A DNA stretch of 64,000 nt. It comes from Candidatus Daviesbacteria bacterium. GTDB lineage: Bacteria > Patescibacteriota > Microgenomatia > Daviesbacterales > UBA10151. The notes under the pieces are model-generated. The model saw only the letters and a program-made list of their open reading frames with translations, was not told where the DNA came from and searched no databases. Positions 1 through 8,903 of the stretch are shown in pieces (position 1 is the first letter of the stretch; every line of letters begins with the position of its first letter). The stretch spans positions 26,014 to 90,013 of the forward strand of contig JACPKL010000010.1 in the NCBI GenBank assembly GCA_016187035.1. Direction: 5' to 3'. The position numbers and the translations under genes are program-made.

Positions 1-2
1 AA

Positions 3-158
3 CAAAACACTGTTAGTGTAGACACAAAAGATATCACTCTTAAAGCCAACGGCAGGCATGATTGTTGTGTACTGCCCAGGGCAGTTCCAATTGTAGATGC
101 AATGGCAGCACTGGTAATTATAGATCATTACTTAAGGCACAAGGCACAGAATCTATGA
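3..158 (+). CDS. aroC: chorismate synthase, C-terminal fragment (gene continues beyond the left window edge)
   Basis: Frame +3 reads ...[35 protein letters not shown]. This matches the conserved AroC C-terminal block (RHDPCV..RAVP..EAM.A.V..DH.LR). The stop overlaps the next ATG (ATGA at 155-158). It is absent from the ORF track because the window edge truncates it. Confidence 0.75.
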   Translation, partial: QNTVSVDTKDITLKANGRHDCCVLPRAVPIVDAMAALVIIDHYLRHKAQNL

Positions 159-412
159 TAGGAATTTTACGGGAACAAATTGATATTATTGACGAAAAAC
201 TACTGAAACTTTTGGCAAAAAGGATATCCTTGGTAGAAAAAATCGGAATATACAAAAGACAAAAGAATTTACCAAGCTTTGATGAAAAAAGATGGAATCA
301 GGTTTTAAACTACAGTCTTAAGAAAGCAGAGTCACTTAAACTGTCTAAAGAATTTGTTAAAGAGCTGATGTCTTTAATTCATAAATACTCCTTAAAGACA
401 CAAAAGAGATGA
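155..412 (+). CDS. chorismate mutase, AroQ-type, monofunctional
   Basis: ORF-track 62..412 is trimmed to Met32 (ATG at 155) because the upstream part overlaps the aroC tail. [31 protein letters not shown]... fits the helical AroQ pattern (R..ID.ID..L..LL..R). The gene lies between aroC and tyrA/pheA. Confidence 0.7.
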   Translation: MIGILREQIDIIDEKLLKLLAKRISLVEKIGIYKRQKNLPSFDEKRWNQVLNYSLKKAESLKLSKEFVKELMSLIHKYSLKTQKR

Positions 413-1734
413 AGCAAGTTAGCATTGTCGGATTTGGCAGATTTGGCCAAACATTATACAAATTAATCAAAGACGATTTTTTAATTACTCTTTATGATAA
501 AAAAAAGATAGACGTAAGTTCATCAAAAAATACAAAGATTATAAAAAATATCAAGGAAATATATAATAGTGATGTTATTTTTTTCTGTGTTCCGATTAGT
601 TCCTTTGAACAGGTTATTTCTTCACATAAGAAATACTTCCGCGAAAATCAACTTCTTATAGATGTTCTTTCAGTAAAAATGCATCCTGCTAGGGTTTTCG
701 AAAGATATTTAAAAAATAGTCAAACTCAAGCATTACTTACACATCCGATGTTTGGTCCAGACAGTACTAAGTTTGGTTTCGGAGGATTGCCTTTAATCAT
801 GGATCAATTTATGACTGATGGTCTAAATTTTAAATTTTGGAAAGAATATTTTATAAATAAAAAACTTCGTATTATAGAAATGTCTGCAAAGAAACACGAC
901 GAAATGGCAGCAGATTCCCAAGGTTTAACACATTTTATAGGAAGATTACTCAATGCATATCATTTAAAGAAAACTCCAATTGATTCTTTGGGTACAAAAA
1001 AATTATTGGAAGTTGTAGAACAAACATGTAATGACAGCTGGCAGCTATTTACGGACTTGCAGGTATTTAATCCTTACACCAAACAGATGCGTATCAAATT
1101 AGGTAACACTTATGACCAAATATATAGCAAATTATTACCCATGCAGGTTGATCCCGGATTTATTACTTTTGGTATTCAGGGTGGAAAAGGCAGTTTTAAT
1201 GAGGAAGCTTTGCAATATTATATTAAAAAAGAAAAAATAAAGAATTTTAGAATTAAATATTTATATACCTCGGAAAATGTATTCAAAGCTTTGCATAAAG
1301 GAGGTATTGATAGGGGGCAATTTGCTATACATAATTCTGTCGGAGGCATTGTTGGGGAAAGTGTTCATGCCATGGCAAATTATAAATTTAATATTATTGA
1401 AGAATTTGGAATTAAGATTTCACATGCTTTAATGATAAGGAAAGACGCTAACTTTTCTGACATTACAACAATCATTACCCATCCACAAGTCTTAGCCCAG
1501 TGTCAAAGCTCTTTAGCTAAAAAATATCCTCATCTTAAACAAATATCAGGTGAAAAGGAATTAATAGATCATGCAGTGGTAGCAAAACTGCTATCAGAAA
1601 ATAAATTACCAAAAACTATCGCTACCATGGGGAGCAAAGTCTTATCAAGACTTTATAACTTACAAATTATTGAAGATAATCTGCAGGATGCAAAGGAGAA
1701 TTATACCAGTTTCCTTCAAGTTGCAAGAGTTTAG
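409..1734 (+). CDS. fusion protein: arogenate/prephenate dehydrogenase (TyrA) N-terminal domain plus prephenate dehydratase (PheA catalytic) C-terminal domain, no ACT domain
   Basis: The N-terminal ~245 aa carry VGFGRFGQ (NAD fold), THPMFGP and HDEMAADSQGLTHF, as in plant/cyanobacterial-type TyrA. The C-terminal ~190 aa carry GGKGSFNEEA, AIHNSVGGIVGES, THPQVLAQC and NYTSFLQV, as in PDT domains. An ATGA overlap links it to the upstream gene. Confidence 0.7.
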   Translation: MKQVSIVGFGRFGQTLYKLIKDDFLITLYDKKKIDVSSSKNTKIIKNIKEIYNSDVIFFCVPISSFEQVISSHKKYFRENQLLIDVLSVKMHPARVFERYLKNSQTQALLTHPMFGPDSTKFGFGGLPLIMDQFMTDGLNFKFWKEYFINKKLRIIEMSAKKHDEMAADSQGLTHFIGRLLNAYHLKKTPIDSLGTKKLLEVVEQTCNDSWQLFTDLQVFNPYTKQMRIKLGNTYDQIYSKLLPMQVDPGFITFGIQGGKGSFNEEALQYYIKKEKIKNFRIKYLYTSENVFKALHKGGIDRGQFAIHNSVGGIVGESVHAMANYKFNIIEEFGIKISHALMIRKDANFSDITTIITHPQVLAQCQSSLAKKYPHLKQISGEKELIDHAVVAKLLSENKLPKTIATMGSKVLSRLYNLQIIEDNLQDAKENYTSFLQVARV

Positions 1735-3329
1735 ACAATTTGAATATCTTTAACTTTTAACTGTAAATTTTCAAGACCATTAAACCGATTAATTTCTAAA
1801 TAATATGCTAAGTTTATCAATTGGTCTGCCTTTAAAAGAGTTATCCATTCCCCCATGTTAAAAGCAATAGCATCAATTCCCTCTACTTTAAACTTTAAGT
1901 GTTTACCATTCCCAACCGTTCTAATATTAGAAACTTTCATATCCTTTGTTACAAAAATTGGTCTTAAATTCCCAATTCCGAATGGCTCAAACTGTTGTAT
2001 ATCTTTAACCAAATCTTTATTCAATTTATTAAGCTTAATTTCTGCATCAATTATTAAAATTTTTTCTAAATCTGTTGGAAAATTTATTACAAACTTTTCC
2101 AATCTGTTTTTGAATATTTCAATATGTTTACTCTCAATTGTAAATCCTGCTGCTCCAGGATGACCTCCTACATCAATTAATAAATCTTTCTGCTTTCTAA
2201 TTACTTCCACAATATTTATTCCATCTATGGACCTGGCAGACCCCTTAGAAATAACATTACCTACAGATATAGCGATCGTTGGACGAAAATATTCCTCAGT
2301 AATCCTGCCAGCAATCAAACCAATAATTCCAGTCGACCACTCATGGCTATATAACACATGTATTTTTTTTGATACATCAATTAACGTCTTCGCCTGCTCA
2401 ACAGCTATAGTTGTCATTTGTTGACGCATATTATTCTTCTCGCAAAGTAATTGTGCTAATCTGGCAGCTTTAATTGGGTCTTTAGTGCAAAGCAATCTCA
2501 AAGAATCCATAGCATAACCAAGTCTGCCAATAGCGTTTAGTCTTGGACCAATCACAAACCCTATTTCAAAAGAGGATATACTCCCTAAATTAATATTTGC
2601 TTCATTGATCAGTTTTGATAAACCAAGATTTGTTGTTTGATTTAAAACTTTTAACCCTTCAAATACAAATGCTCTTCCTAAACCAATTAATGGAATTAAA
2701 TCACAAACTGTAGCAATTGCTACAAACTGCAGCAATTCCTTTTGTAGATCTTTTTTGATCATTTCTCTTAATAGACACCAGGCAACAGCTGCTCCACACA
2801 TTTTAGTGGAGTGAACAATAGCAAATGCCTCTGGTAAATTATCTTGCGCAAGATGATGGTCAGTAATAATTAAATCTAGACCTATTTCCTTAGCATATTT
2901 AGCTTGTTCAAAAGCAACAATTCCACAATCTACACTAATAACTACTGTAGCGTGCGAGACTTTAGCGAATTCTAAACCTATTCTGGATAAACCATAACCT
3001 TCTTTTTCTCTATGAGGAATATAAGGTAACACTTTTGCACCCAATGAAGTCAAACCCTTATACACGATAGTTGAGGCGCAAATCCCGTCTGCATCATAAT
3101 CTCCATAAACTACAATTAATTCATTGTTTTGTATTGCTCGCTGAATTCTTTTAACAGCTTTACCTATACCTGGTATTTCTAAATTCTTTTTATAGTCTGA
3201 AATCTTAGGATGAAAAAACTTTGTCCTCTCTTTGAGAGTGTTGATACCACGATTCATAAGTAGCTGTTCAGTCAGGTCATTACTCTTAGAAGGTAATATT
3301 TCCCATTTCATATAGCGCAATTGTATCAT
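1731..3329 (-). CDS. recJ: single-stranded-DNA-specific exonuclease RecJ
   Basis: 532 aa with DHH-family motifs GDYDADGI, ITDHH and GGHPGAAGF. Confidence 0.85.
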   Translation of the reverse strand: MIQLRYMKWEILPSKSNDLTEQLLMNRGINTLKERTKFFHPKISDYKKNLEIPGIGKAVKRIQRAIQNNELIVVYGDYDADGICASTIVYKGLTSLGAKVLPYIPHREKEGYGLSRIGLEFAKVSHATVVISVDCGIVAFEQAKYAKEIGLDLIITDHHLAQDNLPEAFAIVHSTKMCGAAVAWCLLREMIKKDLQKELLQFVAIATVCDLIPLIGLGRAFVFEGLKVLNQTTNLGLSKLINEANINLGSISSFEIGFVIGPRLNAIGRLGYAMDSLRLLCTKDPIKAARLAQLLCEKNNMRQQMTTIAVEQAKTLIDVSKKIHVLYSHEWSTGIIGLIAGRITEEYFRPTIAISVGNVISKGSARSIDGINIVEVIRKQKDLLIDVGGHPGAAGFTIESKHIEIFKNRLEKFVINFPTDLEKILIIDAEIKLNKLNKDLVKDIQQFEPFGIGNLRPIFVTKDMKVSNIRTVGNGKHLKFKVEGIDAIAFNMGEWITLLKADQLINLAYYLEINRFNGLENLQLKVKDIQIV

Positions 3330-3405
3330 AGCTTGATAAACGTAAAAACTTCCACCTTCGACGGAGAACCTTTCCTTTTTCTGACGAAAAACGTAAAATT
3401 ACATC

Positions 3406-4800
3406 ATGGTTTATCAATTACCGATCAAAGTAAAAAATATCATGAATCAATTTATTCAGAAAGGATTTCAAATCTATATAGTTGGAGGAGCTATACGTGA
3501 TTTATTAATGGGTAAAAACATTAAAGATTGGGACTTTACAACAGATGCATCTCCGGAGCAAATTCTGAAAATATTTCCAGAAGGATTTTATGACAATAAG
3601 TTTGGTACAGTCGGCCTTTTAGTAAACAAAGAAATCTTTGAAATCACCACAATGAGAAAAGAAGGTATTTATAAAGATTTCCGTCATCCTATAAAAGTTT
3701 CCTGGACTAATAAAGTTGAGGAGGATCTAGCAAGACGGGATTTTACTATCAATGCTATAGCATTAGGTACCCCTAGCAAACACCTTCCAGTCAAAGATAT
3801 GAAGACACCTAGCACACACCTGGAAGGTGAAACACTGGGAATTATAGATCCATTCCAGGGCGAACCAGATATTAAAAATAGAATCATAAGAGCTGTTGGG
3901 AATCCTGATCTTCGCTTTCAAGAAGATGCACTCAGATTAATCAGAGCTATTAGAATTGCCACACAACTGGAATTTGAAATTGAAAAGGCAACAAAAAATG
4001 CGATCGTTCAAAATGTTACCTTAATTAACAATATAGCTAATGAACGAATTAGAGATGAATTATTCAAAATCTTAGCATCTGATAATAGTTACCAAGGGAT
4101 TACTCTCTTAAGAGAGGTTGGACTATTACAAATTATTTTACCTGAACTTGAAAAATGCTTTGGAATAATTCAACAAGGTTCTAAACATGCAAGAATTTAC
4201 GATATCGGTGAACATTCCTTACTTACCCTAAGGTATACACCTTCAAAAAATCCACTAGTGAGACTTTCTGCTTTACTCCATGATATTGGCAAACCAAAGA
4301 CTTACCAGGTTACTGATGACGGTAATGCAACATTCTATAATCATGATGTGATGGGAGGAAATTTAGTCTTAAAGATTGCTAAAAAGTTTAACTTACCAAA
4401 GAAACAATCGGATAAACTTTTTAAATTAATCCGCTTTCATATGTTTACAGTCTCAGAATACCAAACTGATTCAGCTATCAGACGATTTATTAGAAATGTC
4501 GGATTAGAAAATATCGATGATATGATGGCCCTCAGAATTGGTGACAGATTAGGTGGAGGCACTCAAAAAGAAACTTCTTGGAGAATGGAAAAATTTCAAC
4601 AAAGAATAAAGCAAGTTATGCAAAAACCATTCTCAGTTACTGATTTGAAAGTTGACGGCAATGATGTAATGCAGATACTAAAAATTAATCCGTGTCCAAA
4701 AGTTGGTGAAATTTTACAAGAACTTTTTGAAGAGGTCTTAAAAGATGATTCTAAAAATAATCGTGATTATTTGCTACAAAGAATAAAAGCGTTTTCCTGA
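3406..4800 (+). CDS. cca: CCA-adding tRNA nucleotidyltransferase with HD domain
   Basis: GGAIRDLLMG, RRDFTINA and the HD motif LLHDIGKP. A ~20-aa extra segment sits between RRDFTINAIA and IIDPFQG (see repeat 3772..3829). Confidence 0.85.
   Translation: MVYQLPIKVKNIMNQFIQKGFQIYIVGGAIRDLLMGKNIKDWDFTTDASPEQILKIFPEGFYDNKFGTVGLLVNKEIFEITTMRKEGIYKDFRHPIKVSWTNKVEEDLARRDFTINAIALGTPSKHLPVKDMKTPSTHLEGETLGIIDPFQGEPDIKNRIIRAVGNPDLRFQEDALRLIRAIRIATQLEFEIEKATKNAIVQNVTLINNIANERIRDELFKILASDNSYQGITLLREVGLLQIILPELEKCFGIIQQGSKHARIYDIGEHSLLTLRYTPSKNPLVRLSALLHDIGKPKTYQVTDDGNATFYNHDVMGGNLVLKIAKKFNLPKKQSDKLFKLIRFHMFTVSEYQTDSAIRRFIRNVGLENIDDMMALRIGDRLGGGTQKETSWRMEKFQQRIKQVMQKPFSVTDLKVDGNDVMQILKINPCPKVGEILQELFEEVLKDDSKNNRDYLLQRIKAFS
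3772..3829 (+). repeat. palindromic insertion inside cca coding sequence
   Basis: Perfect 10-bp inverted repeat: caccttccag (3781-3790) and ctggaaggtg (3820-3829). Direct repeats cctagcaaacacc (3772-3784) and cctagcacacacc (3808-3820). The block is translated in frame as PSKHLPVKDMKTPSTHLEG. Confidence 0.6.
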
Positions 4801-5685
4801 TCAATGTCCAAGTTTTTCCTCCCACCAGACAAGGAGTGCGGTAGCGTTAAAGATTGAAGAATATGTTCCAGAAATAATCCCTACGAGAAGAGCTACTACA
4901 AACCATCTGATGGTTTCTCCACCAAAAAGAAACAAAGCAATCAATACAAAAATTACTGTTAAAGAAGTATTTAATGATCTACCTAAAGTTTGAATTATAG
5001 ATAAATCAGCAATTGCAATAAATTGTCTCCCTGCATACTTTGTTAAATTTTCCCTAATTCTATCAAAAACAACTATGGTGTCATGAACAGAAAAACCTAT
5101 CACTGTTAAAAGAGCTGTAACAAAAAGACTGTCCACCTCGACAGATAAGAACTTCCCTAAAATAGCGAACACTCCTATAACAACTAAAATGTCATGGATC
5201 AATGCTATCGCTGCAGCTATTCCAAATCTTAATGACGATTGGGGTTTTGGAATCTTTCTAAAGGAAAATGCAATATATATAACTATAGCAATAGATGCTA
5301 ATATCAATGCAATCAAAGCTTTTTGCTCTAGCTCTTTTCCAATGATTGGCCCAACGTTTTCAACCCTTCTCTCCTCAACCTTACCAAATTTCTGATTTAA
5401 GTTAGTTTTTAATATACTAATTTTTGCTTGATCTATTGGTTTTGCTCTAATAGTATAGGTATTATCTGTAACATAGTTAATCGAACTAACCTCAATACCA
5501 TTATTCGCAATCTCTTGTTTCAAAATATCAATATCTATATTCTTTTCAAATTTATACTCGATCAAAGCTCCACCTATAAAATCTATTCCCAATTTTAACC
5601 CTGAGGTTAATAAATAATATAAACCTGGTAATATTACTAGTAGCGAAAAAGCAAAATACCAACCCTTAAATCTCATCAAATTCAT
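4801..5685 (-). CDS. secF: protein translocase subunit SecF
   Basis: 294 aa with six TM segments and the SecD/SecF family pattern (LGIDFIGG, FDRIREN). Confidence 0.85.
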   Translation of the reverse strand: MNLMRFKGWYFAFSLLVILPGLYYLLTSGLKLGIDFIGGALIEYKFEKNIDIDILKQEIANNGIEVSSINYVTDNTYTIRAKPIDQAKISILKTNLNQKFGKVEERRVENVGPIIGKELEQKALIALILASIAIVIYIAFSFRKIPKPQSSLRFGIAAAIALIHDILVVIGVFAILGKFLSVEVDSLFVTALLTVIGFSVHDTIVVFDRIRENLTKYAGRQFIAIADLSIIQTLGRSLNTSLTVIFVLIALFLFGGETIRWFVVALLVGIISGTYSSIFNATALLVWWEEKLGH

Positions 5686-6008
5686 TTAAATTGTTTCGCC
5701 TTTCTTAAATCATCTTCCAATTCTTTTACTAAATTATCAGCTTCTTTTTTTATCATTATTTCTATACCATCAATTTTTTCATTCAAAAATTTCCAAATTT
5801 TTATCTGATCGTTTTCGTGTAGATATTTTATAAATATCTTTTTATCTTCGTTTGATAATTTTGAGAGAACTAAATCTAAAATAGTATGATGTATACTCAA
5901 ATCTACTAACTCAGCAAGGTACAACTGCTCCTTGTAAGAAAACTGCATCCCCTCGAGCTTAAGGTTTATTGATTCTATTTCTATCAAATGAGTGTACCAT
6001 TGTTTCAT
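5682..6008 (-). CDS. hypothetical helical protein between secD and secF
   Basis: 108 aa, charged/helical, with no motif I recognise. It has 4-nt overlaps with both neighbours (5682-5685 and 6005-6008). Confidence 0.5.
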   Translation of the reverse strand: MKQWYTHLIEIESINLKLEGMQFSYKEQLYLAELVDLSIHHTILDLVLSKLSNEDKKIFIKYLHENDQIKIWKFLNEKIDGIEIMIKKEADNLVKELEDDLRKAKQFK

Positions 6009-6901
6009 GCCTGACTCCTCACCTGAATTGACCCTAAAGGAATCCTATCTTTTGGATCATCTACAAAAAAATATAATACAGCTCCTTTTCTTGATCCCTC
6101 AGCCAATCCTAATAAATCTATTACCTCAGGTGAACCACCAAGATGCTTCCCTGTCCACTCTGCAGGACCTGAATCTGCTATAACTGCTACCACCGCCTGC
6201 CCTGTTTTAGGATTTATTATTAACATCTTTCTGTATTTAAAAAAATCTCTGAAACGATCTACGTTTTCGGCATAACCAGGAACTAAAAATGTTTGAATAG
6301 CTAAATAATAACGTTCTCTTAGTTTATCCATCTCTTTAAATTCTACTTTAGAGGGAGAGAAATAACCCCAAGCGCTAAGTCCTGGTGCAATACCAGCTGA
6401 ACCATATTTTGCAAAATCTACAGCGTTTTCTGTATGAGCATATAAATTATCACCTGGATACCTATATAAATGCTGTTCTCCTCCAATTAATCCATAATTC
6501 CTACTTAATCTTATCCCATCAATTTCTGCTACAACCTCAAAACCAAAATCATCAGAAAGAGCTTGAAGGATTCTTGATTCTTCGACAGAATTCAAAGGTC
6601 TAATTTCTTTAGGAATTTCTTTGCCTAATTGTTCTGCTAATAATACATTTTCGTCAAAACCTTTTAGAATATCATCACGACTTTCCACTAAATAAGCTTT
6701 TGGGGCTGAGATAAGATGGGGAGCAGTTAAAAACAGTAGTCCTCCTAAAGATCCTAAAGCTAAGTGTTTTACTGAAGTTTTGACAAACCAATCTAATGAC
6801 TCCTTATGCTTAATCCAAATTTTTTCTTGTAGACCACGATGACGCGCATCCCATCTAGTCTTAAGATATTCATAATGAGGCCTTTTTGATATAAATTTCA
6901 T
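6005..6901 (-). CDS. hypothetical membrane-anchored protein, possible C-terminal RlpA-like double-psi beta-barrel
   Basis: 298 aa with one N-terminal TM segment (LALGSLGGLLFLTAPHLI). The C-terminus NPKTGQAVVAVIADSGPAEWTGKHLGGSPEVIDLLGLAEGSRKGAVLYFFV resembles the RlpA/DPBB pattern (G..V.V.V.D.GP....DLS......G). The domain call is tentative. Confidence 0.5.
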   Translation of the reverse strand: MKFISKRPHYEYLKTRWDARHRGLQEKIWIKHKESLDWFVKTSVKHLALGSLGGLLFLTAPHLISAPKAYLVESRDDILKGFDENVLLAEQLGKEIPKEIRPLNSVEESRILQALSDDFGFEVVAEIDGIRLSRNYGLIGGEQHLYRYPGDNLYAHTENAVDFAKYGSAGIAPGLSAWGYFSPSKVEFKEMDKLRERYYLAIQTFLVPGYAENVDRFRDFFKYRKMLIINPKTGQAVVAVIADSGPAEWTGKHLGGSPEVIDLLGLAEGSRKGAVLYFFVDDPKDRIPLGSIQVRSQA

Positions 6902-6925
6902 ATGTACCTTTCTTAAATCATGTTT

Positions 6926-8224
6926 TTAATTTCGAATAATAAATTTCAGTAAAGTTCTCGTCACCACTATAGCCGTAAACATTGATACCAAAATACCAAT
7001 TGCTAAAGTTACAGCAAAACCACGTACTACTGATTGTCCCATACTATATAAAATTGCAACTGTGATAAGAGAAGATACATTTGAAGCCCATATTGACGAC
7101 CAAGCTCTTTTAAATCCTAAATCTAGGGCTAACACTTTATTTTTACCCCACCTTAGCTCTTCTTTCATTCTTTCGAAAATTAATATATTTGCATCTACTG
7201 CCATCCCAATTGATAGAATGAATCCAGCTATACCTGCCAAAGTTAAAGTTACTTTAAGTTGTGGAATAAAAAATCCAGTTTTAAAAATTGCTAAAACAAG
7301 TAAACTATAAATTACTAATGCTAGGTTAGCTATTAACCCTAGTTTTCCATAGAATATAGCCATATAAGTAAACACAATAAACAAACCAATAACCCCAGCT
7401 GTAAGACTTTTGCTTATTGATTCTTTACCTAAGGAAGGAGGAATAGAAAAGTTGCTTAAGGGAACTAAGGGGACGCGAAGAGCTCCAGCATTAAGTTGGA
7501 TTGCTAAATTCCTTGCTGTCTCAGTTGTAAAATTACCAGTTATAACAGCATTACCTCCTATAATTTCCTGAGAAACTGTTGGAGCCTCAATTGGTTGATT
7601 ATCTAAGAATATAACCAAGGGTCTACCCACATTTCTTTTAGTTATATCAGCAAATTTTTTAGCCCCCTCAGCAGTAAACTCAATTGCAACCTGTGGTCCA
7701 CTCCTTGCACCTTTGTTACCCCCAAAAACAACTTGAGCTTTTTTAACATCAGCACCTGTAAGATCAGTTGGTTTTGCTAGGAATATTGAGGGTAACCCTG
7801 ACTTAGTAGCTTCAATCTCCTGCGCGGATAAGGTTGCCGGCAATTCTCTAAAATCTAATTGGGCAGTCTTCCCCACTAATTCTGCAGCTTGTGAGGACTC
7901 CTTAATCCCGGGCAGTTGCACAAGAATTCTCCGATTCTCTCCTGTTTTAGAAGTTTGAACAATTGCCTCAGAAACACCAAATAAGTTTATACGTCTCTCG
8001 ATCACATTCCGTGCAGACTCTAAAGCATCATCTCGATCTTTCGGATCAATTTTATCCATTTTTGCTTGAAGTACGTATTCTATTCCTCCTTGCAAATCAA
8101 GTCCTAATCGCAAAGGGAAATGAAAAGGAAAAAACTTATTCGCAATGGGTAACTTAGGTAAATCAATGATAATTGAAATTAGAGTGATAAAGATAATAAA
8201 CCATAAAACGAATCTTGGCTTCAT
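6926..8224 (-). CDS. secD: protein translocase subunit SecD
   Basis: 432 aa with an N-terminal TM segment, a periplasmic domain (LGLDLQGG) and a C-terminal six-TM bundle. Confidence 0.85.
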   Translation of the reverse strand: MKPRFVLWFIIFITLISIIIDLPKLPIANKFFPFHFPLRLGLDLQGGIEYVLQAKMDKIDPKDRDDALESARNVIERRINLFGVSEAIVQTSKTGENRRILVQLPGIKESSQAAELVGKTAQLDFRELPATLSAQEIEATKSGLPSIFLAKPTDLTGADVKKAQVVFGGNKGARSGPQVAIEFTAEGAKKFADITKRNVGRPLVIFLDNQPIEAPTVSQEIIGGNAVITGNFTTETARNLAIQLNAGALRVPLVPLSNFSIPPSLGKESISKSLTAGVIGLFIVFTYMAIFYGKLGLIANLALVIYSLLVLAIFKTGFFIPQLKVTLTLAGIAGFILSIGMAVDANILIFERMKEELRWGKNKVLALDLGFKRAWSSIWASNVSSLITVAILYSMGQSVVRGFAVTLAIGILVSMFTAIVVTRTLLKFIIRN

Positions 8225-8231
8225 AATGAGA

Positions 8232-8276
8232 TTAGAAGGTTCCCTTCATTTCCGGAGGAAAGAAGGTTCCCTTCAT
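8232..8276 (-). promoter_or_regulatory. secD leader: tandem 16-nt repeat (two small hairpins) that also forms a 14-codon uORF
   Basis: The minus strand reads ATGAAGGGAACCTTCTttcctccggaaATGAAGGGAACCTTCTAAtctcattATG(secD). Each 16-mer contains the hairpin GAAGG-GAA-CCTTC. Read as an ORF it gives MKGTFFPPEMKGTF*, ending 7 nt before the secD ATG. Confidence 0.45.
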
Positions 8277-8282
8277 AACTAC

Positions 8283-8879
8283 CTATATGATTACCCCTTC
8301 TAAAAGCTCATCTTCGTCACCTATTAACATAATCTTTGACTGAAGTAATACTTTTAAGATAAAAGGGTCGCGTCTTCTAACTCTAAAAGTAAATTCTGCT
8401 TCATCCATAAATGAATAGTTTATCTCTTGCTCTCTTTTAGCTTGCTCATCAGCTATGATAACTTGAAGCTCTGGTAAAACTATGCTTCCTACCACTAGAA
8501 GGTTTACATCCTCAGGATCACTTCGTTCACCTTTCAGAAATTTAGTTGAAATAAAAGAATATTTTATTTTGCCAAGCTTTCCTCTATTTTTAATTAAATT
8601 CCCCCCTAATCCAGAGGTCTTTGCAATTAATGCCAACAACTCTCTATAAAAAATATAGTCTTTTCTAAATCTATACAATCTTCTGTTAGCACGCCACTCA
8701 GAAATAACCATTCCATATTTTTCCATTCTAGCAAGTTCTCGTCTAACAGCATTAATTTCCTCAGAAACTCTCCTTACTATTTCTCGAACATGAAAAAGCG
8801 ACTCTTGAGGAGAAGTTAAAAAAAGTTGTAATATCTTTACCCGGACTCTTGATACGAATAACTCTTCTAACATTGCCAC
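8283..8879 (-). CDS. winged-helix transcriptional regulator
   Basis: 198 aa. The N-terminus SRVRVKILQLFL...FHVREIVRRVSEEINAVRRELARMEKYGMV is typical of ArsR/MarR-like wHTH proteins. Confidence 0.55.
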   Translation of the reverse strand: MAMLEELFVSRVRVKILQLFLTSPQESLFHVREIVRRVSEEINAVRRELARMEKYGMVISEWRANRRLYRFRKDYIFYRELLALIAKTSGLGGNLIKNRGKLGKIKYSFISTKFLKGERSDPEDVNLLVVGSIVLPELQVIIADEQAKREQEINYSFMDEAEFTFRVRRRDPFILKVLLQSKIMLIGDEDELLEGVII

Positions 8880-8903
8880 CTCCTTTCAGGCAGGCAATTA
8901 AGC

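Noticed and set aside
8234-8276. Direct repeats with regular spacing, considered as a possible CRISPR-like array.
   Set aside because: There are only two 16-nt copies with an 11-nt spacer, located in a gene leader. No cas genes or further repeats exist anywhere in the window.
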